From Anthoceros angustus (Eukaryota; Plantae; Anthocerotophyta): a DNA stretch of 64,000 nt. The stretch is from positions 1,116,001 to 1,180,000 of the forward strand of contig MU008161.1 of NCBI GenBank assembly GCA_010909165.1, read 5' to 3'. Positions 1 through 13,097 of the stretch are shown in pieces. Under the pieces are notes generated by a model. That model was not told the origin of the DNA. It ran no database searches and worked only from the letters and a program-made list of their open reading frames with translations. Both the position numbers and the translations under genes were made by a program. Position 1 is the stretch's first letter. Every line of letters starts with the position of its first letter.

Positions 1-3000
1 GTAATGGTGTAAACGGTGTTGCTGGTGATGCAACATGCCAAGAATCTGAGGCTTGCTTCAGCGGCTCCGGTATCCAGTAGGCACTTTCATTTGTTTTCGT
101 TTGGTTCTGCCGTTTGATTAGATAGCGCTGGGGTGGTTCCGCAAAGGTTTTCTTACTTATCTCACCGATGGTTTTGCTGCCTGGCAGGGGAGATTTTAGG
201 CTAGATAATTATCACGATGGCATCATATCTTCTGCTTTCATGGTTGGGTTTGTGGCGTTATCGCCAGTATTTGCTCAACTATCTAAGAGGTGATCTGGTG
301 TCAGGATTCTAGGGAGGTTGTGGAACAGAGCGTGTACTTCTTGGGGTTTGGACCAATTCTTCTTTCAATGTTCTCTCTTCAGATACAATCCATTCAGGCT
401 TATTGGAGTTGGCCTCTTATTCTGGACGGTTGCCACATTTAGCTGTGGGCTATCTGTTGGTTTTTGGTCCATCACGTTATCCCGAATGTAATGTCCATTG
501 CTGTATTCACTGGCAGTAAGTTGAGTTACAGTGAGGAGGTTGATGGCACTTGAGGTTGCACTGAATTGAGATGGTGGTGGGCAGGTTGGTCGGGATTGGT
601 GAGGCCTCTTTTGTTAGCCTAGCAGCTCCTTTCATTGACGACGTTGCTCCCCCAGACCAGGTACTTAAAGACGATTTGACCATCTCTAGTTGTAAATCCG
701 TGTTATTGGTACAGAGACTATAGTAGCGTCATAGTTCGAAAACCTGTGCAGATGTTGCAAACTGCAGAACCTTGTAGATTTAAGTGTTAGTGCAGGATAT
801 TGAGTCACTATTTATCCAAGGATATTAACAGAGGGCACCAGCGATATGATAGACAGCAGCTTCATGGGTGTGACTGTGGAGTTGTCTGGGTTTTTCTTCT
901 TGCCAGGTGCCCATACGAGCCAGCCTGCTGAGTTGACACCTGTTTGTTTTGCAGCGAACTCTTTGGTTGTCCATTTTCTACATGTGCATTCCAGTAGGTG
1001 TGGCAGCAGGCTACGTTTATGGAGGTCTGGTATGTTCTCAATTGATCTCACCTATTTTGATGTTTGCAGTTAACGTTTTTACTTATTGTGGATGTTCTAA
1101 ACACTACTTGTTGACTACCTGCAGGTGGGTGGCTTGTTACACTGGCGAGCTGCCTTTGTCATTGAGGCTTTGCTCATGTTGCCATTTGCTGTATTTGGAT
1201 TCGTTTCAAAACCCATTCAAATGAAAGGTGAGTCGCCTTTCTGTTTAGTCTAAGGTGCACGGTTGCTGGAATTGACATCAGTTGTCCTAACTTTTAACAA
1301 TCCAATGAGTCATGACTTCTGTATCTGGACTGCTGTTTCCTTTGGCTGAAACATAACTAGAGGACTGGTTATTGTCCCAAATGAAAATTAACTAGATGAT
1401 CAATACTGTTCAGACTTCAATTCAACTTTTCAACACATTGACTCCTCGGATTTGGATCATACGGCAGGTTAGAGCCGAACTAATATATTAACACCCGCAA
1501 TACATGAATGTTGGCAATTGTAATACATGGTGGCACCTGCTCGGGCTTATATGTTATAAATGATTTGGCCTAGCCAAATTTTCTAACTAAGCAAGGTTTT
1601 ACAAGTAAGAATGTTGCAGGCCCTAGAGGTCGATCACAAATCTCTACTTCTGCAGCTTTTTCTGACAAGCCAGTTCTTTTTTGTACTTGCAGTGCATGTA
1701 GCTTTGGAGAGTGGTCCGGAAGATTCACTGCTTGAGAAAAGCAAAGGGACCAGCATGTGAGTTGGAGATTGTTTATAGCTAGTGTAGAGTTGACAAGCGT
1801 AGAAAATTTTGCCAAGCAGCATCGTAGCTTGGTCTAGATCTTCATCTGCATGTTGTCCCTATCTTGACACTTGCTTCAGGTGGGAGCGCTTCTGTTCTTG
1901 GTGGTTGGATCTTTTCCTTGATTTGAAGGTGCTCTTCAGTAGCAAGGTTTATACCACAAATGTTCTCGGTACGTGTAAACTTGTTTGCTGAAGCTTTGAT
2001 CTCTTTGTTTTAAAGTATTTGGTGTGAATTAACCTGTTAGTATCATCTAGAAGGAGAAAATGTGGCACTATATTAGTAATTTGACACTGTGGTTGTTTCA
2101 CCAGGTTATGTTGCCTTCAACTTTGTCCTGGGTGCTTACTCATACTGGGGTCCAAAAGCTGGTCAAGCCATCTACAACCTCGTAAGCCCGGGTGCATATG
2201 GTAGCAATGGCGTCGTGACCAGTCGACTAAGGCTTCTGTAACTTTTCCGGTTCGCAGGATAATGCCGACATTGTGTTTGGCGTCATAACAATTCTGGCTG
2301 GAGTCTTGGGAACTATATTTGGTGGGATTATGTTTGACTACATTGGCTCAACAGTGACCAATGGACTTAAGGTCTGTTATACCCCTCACTGCAGAGATGA
2401 ATACTGAACTGCACCTGACGTTCCTTAACACTAATAGATTTAAAGTGTGTTTTTCCCCGGTAGTTTCTTGCAGTTGTCACGTTTGTTGGAGGAGTGGGAT
2501 GCCTATTTGCATTCTTATCAAAGGCCCTCTGGAGTTTCATACTCTTGCTTGGTGTTGGAGAGCTTTTCCTTTTTGCGACCCAGGTAAAACCTAACTAACT
2601 TTTCTGCAGAGTTTACACATCGGCAATCACTTTTGAAACCTGGAAACTTTCTTAAGAATGTCTTTGTCATTTGCACGTTTGTAGGGACCTGTGAATAAAA
2701 TCTCAATAGGGAGTGTGCCTCCTGAAATGAGGCCACTGGCGATGGCCATGTCCACTGTTCTCATCCATGTCTTTGGAGATGTTCCTTCATCACCACTTGT
2801 CGGCAAATTCCAGGTTGGGAGATGTGCTCAAAGAGTCTATCCAGTCCACGGATGGCTTCAACATCAGTTCCTCACAATGCTGGGTCGGTTTTTCAGGACT
2901 GGGCGCAAGACTGGCGGTTCACAGCCTTGGTTCTAACCTGCGTCTATTTTGTGGCAGCGGCAATCTGGTCCATAGGTATGTTCACTTGCTCCCCTACCTG

Positions 3001-3214
3001 GTTTGCTTTACTTGCAAGCAAAAACTGTGGCATGGAGATGAACCGATTGCATCAGGTGTCCATGTGAGTTCTCATCTTTTGTCCCGCCGTGTTTCTTGTG
3101 CAAGGCTTTGTGCTTAAACCTCCGCAGGGTGATGAGCCCCTGGAGCCCAGCCGAAGGGTTCAGGGTGACAGCGATGGAAAGGCGCAAGAAGTTCCCTTCC
3201 TTGCAGAAATCTAA
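1..3214 (+). CDS. Spinster-like MFS transporter (probable sphingolipid transporter family), multi-exon, 5' end outside window
   Basis: Exons joined at GT-AG sites give NGVNG...GSGIQ/GDFRLDNYHDGIISSAFMVG, YNPFRLIGVGL, LVGIGEASFVSLAAPFIDD, WLSIFYMCIPVG, YVAFNFVLGAYSYWGPKAG and RPLAMAMSTVLIHVFGDVPSSPLVG, all matching the plant spinster family. Stop TAA at 3212-3214. Confidence 0.93.
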
Positions 3215-3812
3215 CAAGATGAGAGTTCGCTGGTGTAAGGGCGTCCGGGATAAGATGAGAGCTTTCTGGTATAGGTTTGTGGAATAGGTTTCCCGAACCT
3301 TCAATTCGAAACAAAGGTAGGCATTCCGTCCAAGAGAAATAAGGGCAAGTGTTTTCCATATTCTGAAAACCTGCCCTCAACCGGCTCATTTGGTTGAACC
3401 ATGTGTGGAGGCTGAGTTGTTGTACGTTCCAAGATGGTCGTCCACTACCTACGAATACCCCGCAACTCGAGGTGGTGGGTTACAACATTTGTTAGAGGAA
3501 CTTCCTCGGCATCTTTACTAATTTCTTGGGAACGGAAACACTGAGTGAGATGACTAAAGTGCCTCGCAACACACCTGAGAAGATCATATAACTGTCTTGA
3601 AACGCTCGCAACTACTTCAGAAAGATGGTCAGCAGCACTATCATCCGTGCTCCTATACTTCAATCCCTCCCCGTGCCGAAGTGCGCATGAAATGCGTAAG
3701 CCACCACACTTGCACCTTTGTGGTACAAACCAGGCAGCTAGTACAAGGGTAAACGACCGCCAGTTTGATCTACAAGCTGAAAACTATGGCATAGTTATAT
3801 ATGTAGGAGAAA

Positions 3813-4144
3813 TTACTTGAGCGTAACATACCGATTGGTACCATGCTTCGCCCAGTGCTCTTTGAGATCAACCGGGTAGTTGATGTTCACACCCTCGAGC
3901 GACAATTTTTCCAAGAGCTTTTCAAATGCTCCGGCACTCATCTTCCTTCCAGCCAACCTCGAGCCGCGCTTCTTGGGATTCATGGGCAGCGGATACTGCG
4001 ACATGGACGTGGTGCAACACGCAGACTGCCAGCCCCCATTCCCCCATCTGTAACACTGCTGCGTCACCCCAGTACAAGAGCAATAAGGAATCGGGGTCGT
4101 TGCACTATCGTAAACCCCAGTCCTCTTGGGCGGAGGAGGCGCCG

Positions 4145-4175
<31 letters not shown>

Positions 4176-5003
4176 CTGGTCGTCAGGAGCCCCTTCCGCA
4201 CCCTCTTCGAGCTTGACACCGTCGGGAAACTCCTGCCCGTCCTGCACCTGCCACTGCCCTTTCTTCCCCGGAGATTTCCGCCGTTTAGGAGTCTGGCCGG
4301 CTCCCGCCGCCTTCTTGCCCGGGGTGGCTGTCCGAGCGTGCTTCTTACCCCCCTCCTTGGGAGCCGCCTGCTTGGTCGGCTTGGCCATGGGCTCCGCGTC
4401 CAGGCCCATGCCCATCCCCATGGGAGCCGATCGGTTAGTCAGCAGATCGTAGTCGTCCGAGAAGGAGCAGTTGTCCACCGCCTGGAAGAGCTTGGATCCC
4501 TCCGTGGCCGGCTCCGGGTAACGCTTCCGGCCCTGCATTTGCGCATCCCTCTCGGCCTTGAGGGAATCCAGGGCCGCCACCACCACCTTGTACTCGTTGA
4601 TGACGGTGTCCCGCTGCAGGATAGCCGCGTCCCGCTCCGCGCAGGCCGCCTCCTTCTCCGCCACCGCCGTGTCTCGCTGCATGATGAGGGCATCCCGCTC
4701 CGCGCACACCGCCAGGAAATTGTGGTCCGAGAGCGGATGCTGGTGCTGCTGCGGGTGCTGGTGCTGATGCTGCGGGTGCTGGTGCTGGTGCTGCGCGTGC
4801 TGGTGCTGCTGGTGGTGCTGCTGCTGCTGGTGGTGGTGCTGCTGGTGCTGCTGCTGCTGCGGATGGAGCTGGTGCTGGTGGTGCTGCTGCAGGTGCTGGT
4901 GCTGCATGTGCTGCTGCGGATGCAGCGCGTGCGGGTGCAGCCCATGGCTGTGCAGCGACGGCGGCTTCCGGTGTTGTGCTATCAGCTTGCCTTCATCTTC
5001 CAT
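3813..5003 (-). CDS. BPC: BBR/BPC (BASIC PENTACYSTEINE) GAGA-binding transcription factor, class II type, intronless CDS, 396 aa
   Basis: C-terminal [51 protein letters not shown]...[20 protein letters not shown] is the BPC DNA-binding domain. [26 protein letters not shown] is the class II Ala-zipper coiled coil. First ATG is at 5003; the ORF-track start at 5021 is GTG. Confidence 0.96.
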
Positions 5004-5029
5004 GAAGGCGGCGGCAGCCACTGCCGCGA

Positions 5030-6010
5030 CTAGAGAGAAAGCAAACTAGAGAGAAGAGGGAGCACCGGGAGCCGGAGCTGGGGGAGGGACGCCCGAGCAG
5101 GCAGCAGCTGCCGCCGCTGCTGGATGCGTGCTGCAAACTCGCGGGCAGCCGAGGCCGATGCGAGATAGAGAGAGGAGAGAGCTCCCCCGATCCGGCAGCA
5201 GCAGCAGAGCAGCTGCAGCAGTCCAGGCAGCTCCAGTCCAGTCCAGTCGAAGCAGACCACCCGGGAAAAGGAAAGAGAGAAGAGTGCAATCAACTTGTGA
5301 GAAGAGTGCAATGGACTTGTGCGGCAGGCACACCTGCAGCTGGGCTGGGCCGCAGTGAGAAGAAGGGAGGAGGAGGGCAGCAAAGAAAGAGAAGGAGGTC
5401 GGTGTTGGTGCAGTCCAGCCCACCTTCTCGAGCAGCAGCCCAGGCCCCAGGCCGGGGACAGAGAGCGAGAGACGATATCTTACTAGGCAGGAGCGGGAGC
5501 GGGAGCGAGGAGAGCGAGCTGCCGCTGCCGCTGCCCCTGCCGCTGCTGCAGGGGGAGCCGGTGTCTCTCTCCCGGTGATGCAAGCGGCAGCGGGCGGGAG
5601 GCGGGGGGGGCGTGGGCGTAGAGAGAGGCAGGAGATGAGACAAGGTGCGCAACGGCAACCGAACAGGGAACAGAGCCAGAGCGAGCAAGGAAAGGGACCG
5701 AGCGCGTGGGAGGGAGAGAAGGAAGGGTGGCACCGGCGGGGGGAGAGAGACAGGCAGAGAGCGAGAGCGAGAGCGGGGACTCGGAGCGAAGCCGAGGAAG
5801 GAAAGGAAAGGAAAGGAAGGCCAGGCCAGCCACCAAGGCAGGCAGGCAGGCAGGCGTTCAGGCAGCAGGCAGGGGCAGAGAAGGAAGGCAGCGCAGCACT
5901 GCACACTGCACACAACAGAGCCTGAGGCGGAGAGAAGGAGAAGACTGAGAGAGGACACCAGACAAGTGAGTGAATGCGAGATGAGGGAGGGGAGGGGGAA
6001 GACAGGCGAT
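5030..6010 (-). promoter_or_regulatory. BPC 5' UTR region with predicted UTR intron (5030-5483) and many GA/TC-rich tracts
   Basis: Minus-strand donor GTAAGA at 5483 and pyrimidine-tract acceptor tttgctttctctctAG at 5030, 26 nt before the ATG. Many GAGAGA/GAAAGG tracts lie on the + strand. Confidence 0.55.
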
Positions 6011-6778
6011 GCACGCCAGGAAGAAGGTGCCCGGCGCCCGGCGCCCGCCACCCGCTACTGTAGCGGGATATTAGGGTAACAACCCTTTCTGTGCTGCCCG
6101 CGGGCAGCCTTCGGGCAGCCCCCACGCCGCACGACCTCGGCACCCCTTGCGCTACCGTTGGGAATGTGCCCTGCTCTTTTCACTTACCAATCCATTACCT
6201 AGTGGTGGCAACAAAAATCAAATCAAGTCAAAAGGGATTCAACGAAGACCTCCCTCCGGAACCAAAACAAATTGAAGTCAAAATAACTTCCGATCACCGT
6301 TCCAAAGGGGATGGAAAAACCTTGCAAGCTTATTGGCCTTTTTGCACGAGGTCATAGCCAACTTCAAAATTATTTGAAGAATAGTTTCAAAGGGTGTAAT
6401 TTGCAATACCACTGGAACCCTTAATCGGGGAATGACCAAACATTATATATATCAAATTTTAGCTTTAATCTTAGATTTGGGAACATATCAAGAAAACTCC
6501 CATTGCTCAATTGTCGATGCTTGAATAATTTTGCGTCGTCACTCATCCTACATGAACATATGTGATTATCCAAAAAACATGCTTTCACTGGATCAGGTCA
6601 ATCTCACTCCTGACCCAACAAACATACAATCTTAAAGAGCAATAAGAAACTCATTGTCTTCCAACAACTTGCAAACCTGCTCCTTACTTCTAACACACAA
6701 CAGTTAGGCCATCTACGCTCTTCTTGCCATGATCCTTGATTGAAGAAAAAAAAATTCACCTACCTTTCCACCTATCAA

Positions 6779-6895
6779 GCTCTCCACCAAACAGGCTCGC
6801 CACCAAGCAGGCTCGCCACCAAGCACGCTCTCCACCAAGCAGGCTCTCCACCAAACACGCTCTCCACCAAGTAAGCTCTCCACCAAGGATGCTCT
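6779..6895. repeat. 16-bp minisatellite (GCTCTCCACCAAGCAG), about 7 copies
   Basis: Read directly from the sequence. Confidence 0.9.
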
Positions 6896-8160
6896 GTATA
6901 GATCCACACAATGGTCTTTGAGTTCTCAAAGTTGGCTCTTGAATTTCCCACAATCGCACCCTAACTGGGCAACTACTAACTCTAGCAGTTCTTATATATC
7001 CATTCAACCACATTTTTCCGGGACTACCCCCTATGGATAGCTTCCTCTTTAGGAATTGCATGCGACGTCACACATAGCTATGCTTCCAAGCCACTAAACA
7101 GGATAACTTCTATATGTAGCTTTTATTTTCAACTTCTTTTATTTTTCACTTTTTATTTTGAATTCATCTTTAACTTTTTTATTTTTCATTTAAAATTTAC
7201 TTTTCACTAGACCCTTATACTTTCTCAGCCCATCATTGGCTCACAATCCATATATCATCCATGATGTGACATCATTGTGGCCATGCAGCTACTGTTGTTC
7301 TCTTCCTGCATTGCGCTCGTGCGGCCTTCATCCACGCCTGTCGGCCCTCAATAGGCATCTCATAATGCATCCTGGCAGCAATAACAATATCTAGAGAAAA
7401 AGGACGTTGTCCACAAAGCTTCTTTTCCTCAGTACTACGTAACCTGGGATCCCAACAGAAGAGACGCAAATATACATGTATCTTGTTTTCAAAAACAAGG
7501 TGCTGGAATGAGTGTCAAAAATTCATTGAAAACCGCACTTTATGTACAAAGGCAGCAATTGGTCCAAGGGGTGTGTCGATACACTATTGACAAGAAAAAC
7601 GGGCCTAGGGCAAACAAAAAGGTCCAGATTATCAAGCTCTCGAAACCACAAGGTCTATTCATGGACATCTGTACTTTCCTTCCGGGGCATAGTTGTCACC
7701 TTCTTTGCCTCACAGTCAAAGTTAGACAGGGTTGATATTGTCCAGATCTGCCACTTCTTTGCCTACACCAAAGCAATCGCTTGCTATTTGAAACATGGAA
7801 AAAATCAGTCTTTGCTGATAAGATTATAATTAGAGCTTCGTGATAGGCTCCATTGGATTTGTGCATGTAGAGGCGGAGGAGGTGATAAGGCTTTGGAGAA
7901 CCATCAAATGGAGAGCTAAGGCCTACATAACGAAAAGTGATAGATGTGAGTCCCGAGCATGTAAGGCTAGCTGGGAAACCCTAAGTGCATGGGGTCAGCT
8001 ATCTGGCTGTGTGGACCTTTGCCGAAGTAAACTAACTAGTACTGGGTAGATAGTAGTGTTATTATTTTTCTATGAAATGAGGCACGAAGAGTGCACTTGC
8101 TTGTGGAACGAAAAGGTTGTGTTGAAAGGAAATTTGTGTATGATTGTGAATTGCCCAAGC

Positions 8161-8402
8161 GCGAATTACCGATGAATATGTGTTGAGATGTAGTAGAGAT
8201 TGGGGATCGTTCCGTATGCATTGTGATCCGAGTAGGTGTTGTCAGGTGGAATCGGAGTCGCTTGGATTGTTGAATGCCCAAGCGAATTACCGATGAATAT
8301 GTGTTGAGATGTAGTAGAGATTGGGGATCGTTCCGTATGCATTGTGATCCGAGTAGGTGTTGTCAGGTGGAATCGGAGTCGCTTGGATTGTTGAATGCCC
8401 AA
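8161..8402. repeat. 121-bp perfect tandem duplication at the truncated end of the copia RT
   Basis: 8161-8281 equals 8282-8402. TGCCCAAGC microhomology at 8152, 8275 and 8396. Confidence 0.92.
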
Positions 8403-11400
8403 GCAGAACTTCAGTTCTCCAACATCTGTCATTTTAAATTCCTTGCGGAGCATACCTTGAACTCTGGCTAATAATGGCTTGTCATTGGAAACAAATATGG
8501 CGTCATCGACATATATGGCCAGCAAAACATAGGCTGTTCCATCATCATAGATGTACACCGAGGGATCTGCAGGGCTCTGCTTAAAACCCAGGGACTTCAG
8601 GCAAGTATCTAACCTGGCATTCTAGCGTTCTGCACTTTGTTTAAGGCCATAAATGCACTTTATGAGCTTACAAACCCAGTCCGGATGTGCAGGATCCTTA
8701 TAGCCTTCTGGCTGTTCCATATACAGCTCTTCTTCTAAAATGCTATGCAAGAAAGCCGTCTTCACATCCATCTGCTCCAGCTCAGCAGCAAGGGCCAGAA
8801 TAAGGCGTATGGATTGAGAGCAGACAACTGGAGAGAAGGTTTCTTGAAAGTCTAACCCTGGAACTTGCGTAAACCCACGAGCACACAAACGTGCCTTGTA
8901 TCGCGCTATGTCCCCAGCAGCATTGAGTTTATGTTTAAAGACCCACTTACAGGTGATGGGTCTGCGGCCTGCTGGATGAGGAACGAGCTTCCAGGTACCA
9001 TTCTGAATAAGGCTGTTAAATTCATCATCTACAGCTATCTTCCACTTGGCTTTATCAGGACCAATAAATGCCTCTGTGAGTGTGACACGTTCTGAAGGAA
9101 TAGAGGGAACTGCAGCTTGGACTGATGGTAAGCAAACGCCTACTGACCTATGAAAATCTATAGACTCGTAGGGGACTTCCTTCCACTCGGATCTAGGGTT
9201 CCTAACACGTTCTGAACGACGGACAAGTTGTACAGGGGCAAGAACAGGATCGGGCTCAGGGGCATCTTCGGAGTCAGAGGAGGAAGCTACAGAACTCTGC
9301 TCACTTAAATCCTCGGGACCTACATCAACATTCTGGTTAGGTATATCAGGAACCACCTACAGGCTGTTCAGGAATAGCTTGCCCTTCAGGATCTGGATCT
9401 AACTCAAAATCTGGATTTGCATTGATAAGGGGAAAAGGCAAGGGCGGTATGAGAAGAACCGGCTGCTGGCCTGCAGGTGCCAAGGGAAATGCTGGAAGAG
9501 GAGGAATACCTGGGTCGACAGGATCATCATTACCATCTGCATCAACTGGATATTCAGCAGTGTCTTCAACATATAGCAGGTCTGTGGACTGTCCAAGTAA
9601 GATACCATTCTCAAGGACTGGTGGATCCAATATCTCCATAAAGGTAACACTCCTGGAAACTGCGGGCTGCAGAGTAGTAGGGTTGATAAGCTTGTAGGCT
9701 TTAGTTACTTCGCTGTAGCCAACGAAGAGCAGGGGAAGAGCCCGGTTATCTAACTTTCGTCGCTTCTCTGCAAGCACATATGCAAAAGCCTTGGAGCCAA
9801 AGACGCGGAGATGCAAAATACTTGGCTTCCGATTCCAGAAGAGTTCATAGGGAGTCTTGCTTGGCAGAGCCTTAGTGGTAAGTCTGTTTAAGATGTAGGT
9901 TAACCACAGCTTCTGCCCAGTATGGAGAAGGAAGCCCAGACCATAATAGCATGGATCTTGTCATGCCCATCAGCGTTTGATTCTTTCTCTCCGCTACACC
10001 GTTCTGCTGCTGAGTGTAAGGGACAATAAGCTGATGTATGATGCCTCTGTCTTCCAGGAATTGTGTAAAAGCATTACTGACAAATTCACCACCGTTGTCA
10101 GATCTGAAGACCTTAAGAAGACGACCAGTCTGCCTCTGCACCAGAAGCAGCCACTCTTGAAAGAAGGTGAACGTCTCGCTTTTCCTTTGCATAGGATACG
10201 TCCAAGTATACCGGCTGAAGTAGTCCGTAAGGGTAAAATATTCTGCTCCGCCTAAGGAAGGGACTTGCAGCTGTCCAGAAATATCAGAATGCACTAAGTC
10301 CAGGACTGCTGTTGTTCTGTGAGCAGGTGTGCAAGAAAATGGAGCTTCACGCTGTTTTGCCAAGGCACAAATCTCACATGTAGGAAGCTCCTTGAAACAT
10401 GAAGGTAACGGCTCCCTGTAACAGTCCTGTCTAGATGATGCCAAGAGTTTACTCTTGTTAGCATGGCCAAGGCGTGCATGCCACAGCCGGGCCATCTGGG
10501 TAGCTGTTAAGCTGCCACTGGTTGTTGAAAAAGCTTGCTCTCGACGTGTGCAGGATATGTCTAGACAATACAATTCTGACTCAAGAAAGGCCTTAAAGAT
10601 GCAGATGTCAGGAGCACTACGTCTGGAAAAACAACAGACATTCTCTGACACAGTAAGGACTAAACTTTTCATGTTCATGAGTCTACTCAAGGACAGCAGA
10701 TTCTTTGCCATTTTTGGGACATATAAGACATCTGGCAGCACTAACACAGAGTCGTCATGCTACAGGAATTTGCAGGTTCCAGACCCTAAGATACTTAAGC
10801 TAGTGGCACTACTCTCATCACCAAGGTAGACTTTTTCTGGGACAGAAGAAAAGGTCAGACAAGTAAAGAGAGACTCATCCCGACAGATGTGCGTTGTTGC
10901 CCCATTGTCCAGGTACCAACTATCAGCCTCACTCGCTAGAGTATTTAGACAGATGGTTAGAATCTTTACAACTGGCTTGCCTGAATTTTGTGTTGAGAAA
11001 TCCATTATATGCTTATCTTTATTTTGCTGGGTTGCTGAAGTCGCAGTTGTTGGACGAGGTGCTACCCTCTGAGGTTCACCCGCTTTCTTTTTTCGACACT
11101 CACGAGCCCAGTGGCCAGGCAACCCGCACCAGTTGCAGTTGCCTTGACGTTTCTGTGTATTTGATGAGGAACTCTGGCCGCCAGCATTGGGTGGTCGTTG
11201 AGACTGATTTCTTCCACGACCCCGGCCTCTACCCCTCCAAGCAGAAAACACCTTGTCATTTCTGCCTTTATGCTGTCCTTGTCCGCGCATCTGGCGGACC
11301 TGTTCTTCCTGGTATAATGCACCAATGACAGCACTGAGGGTTGGTGTGACTTGGCCTGCAGGGACAGGTTGGCCAGGAACTTGGATGAGGACGTTTTGAG

Positions 11401-12890
11401 TGGTGACGAAGGTCTAATAGCTAGGAGGAAGACTGAGAAGGAACTGAGACACCACTTCAATCTCCGTGAAGGTGGTGCCAAGGGAGGCTAATTGGGCACG
11501 CAAATGCCGGAATTTGCTCGCATGAGCAGAAACCAAGTCTCCCTCTCTCATCTTCAGGTTCATAAACTCTCCTCTAATAGCACACATCGTCATCAAATTT
11601 AAGACTTGGTAGGTAGAAGCTAAATGATCCCATATGTCTTTTGACGATTCCAGGAACTCTACCTCAGGGACTAAATCAGAATCTAGGCCAACAATGAGCA
11701 GGGCAACGGCTATACTGTTTGCTACATCCTACGTAATTTTCTGGCCTGGGGTAACAGCATAATCAGGAATGTTTGGATGGGCAGGGGTGCTAGGATCAGG
11801 GTAAGTACCATCCACTACCTTCCATACTCCACGAGGAACTAAGGTAGATTTCATTCTGACTTTTCAAATGTCATAGCGATTTCCATTAAATTTGTCTTTT
11901 TCTTTCAGGTCTCCTGTGAAGGATGGAGACACTGCTCCTGGCTGGATAGGAGGGATGGGGGCAGCCATTGCTAAATCTACAACAAGCTAGACTGCAGGGG
12001 AAACTGTACAGGTGAGCAAGAATTTCAGATGAAGTTGTGTGTTGAGGTCGGAACCCTAACTAAGAATCGTTTGACGAATTAGGGCTATTTCTAATTGTCA
12101 GGTGGCAGGAGAAGGAGAATAACTGACATAACTGCTGTCCAGGGCAACCAGGATTGAGGTGGCAACCCTGAATTTGTGGATGAAGCGCGAAACAGCCATG
12201 GGCACCCGGGAACCCTAACTGCTGCCACTCAGCCACCTCACAAGCAATTTTCTCAGAATTAAGGTGCGACAGGGCTTGCAAGCCCTGCGCGATCAGCAGT
12301 CTCCTTGGAAATTATATGCATAGATTGCAGCAATTGTGTAATGCGCTCAATGCCATGATCAATGTCATAGCTCATGTTATTAATTTTTTGCTGTAAACGT
12401 TTTTCCATGTCATGTAATGCTTCCAGAAATAAATCCTACCTGGAGCGCAATTGAGAAAATCTGACTTCAATTCTCTCCAAATAAATTTGAATTGTTGCTC
12501 CAGATAAATCCTCTCCTTTCTCTTGGCGGGAATCTTGCAGGGCGTCCAAGTTTAAAAATTTCTCCTTCAATTTTGGAGTTTTCAGACTTGAATAAAGATT
12601 CTGCCTTTTACAAGATGGTGAGATTTTTGCTGCGTGGAAAACACCTTCAAAATCTTGCTCACGTAGCTGATTGCGATGCCGTCTTTGTTCCTGTGCCTGC
12701 TTATGCCAAAATGCATGACGTTGAATCCGATACTCGTCGAGATAGTCTTGGCTCCATGGACCTTGTCGGGGTGGCGGGATCCAATCCACTCCTTGGCGAG
12801 TTTGATGTTGCAACTCCCAGACAATGGTGAACCAACTAACCTCCTACGAGGCATGGTTGCAGGCCCGCAAAGATCAGCATCTAGAATTAG

Positions 12891-12902
12891 GCTCTGATAC
12901 CA
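12891..12902 (-). promoter_or_regulatory. Primer-binding site for tRNA-iMet (TGGTATCAGAGC)
   Basis: GCTCTGATACCA on the + strand, abutting the LTR. Confidence 0.92.
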
Positions 12903-13097
12903 TGATGCAGACCCTCGAGCATCAGATATCTAAGATTTGCTAAGCATGCAAGAGGGGAAAGAAGCACCAAGACAAAGTGTAATGGTCAACTAACTTAAAA
13001 GAACACAAATGAACACATATATACAAATAGGGTAGGTACCCTAAACAAAGTATGTTTAAGTACGTATAATTAACCCTAAGAGGTTATTAATCTAACA
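12903..13097 (-). repeat. 5' LTR of the copia element (195 bp, TGTTAGA...GCATCA)
   Basis: TG...CA termini next to the PBS. With no second LTR in the window, the outer boundary is inferred. Confidence 0.7.

Larger units (their letters stand above)
8396..13097 (-). mobile_element. Ty1/copia LTR retrotransposon, 3'-truncated and degenerate (gag, protease, GAG-pre-integrase, integrase, partial RT; no RNase H or 3' LTR)
   Basis: gag starts at ATG 11968 with zinc knuckle CNWCGLPGHWARECR. Protease WYLDNGATTH; integrase LWHARLGH, VFRSDNGGEF, QQNGVAERKN; RT CKWVFKHK..YKARLCARGFTQ, QMDVKTAFL, LAIYVDD. Several stops and frameshifts. Homology ends at FCLGIQ. Confidence 0.95.

Noticed and set aside
3843-5033. 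396-aa + strand ORF and other overlapping ORFs
   Set aside because: Antisense shadows of the GC-rich, CAG-repeat BPC CDS; no independent motif.
5046-6143. 365-aa and 253-aa minus-strand ORFs upstream of BPC
   Set aside because: Low-complexity L/S/P/C translations of a CT-rich UTR with non-ATG starts.
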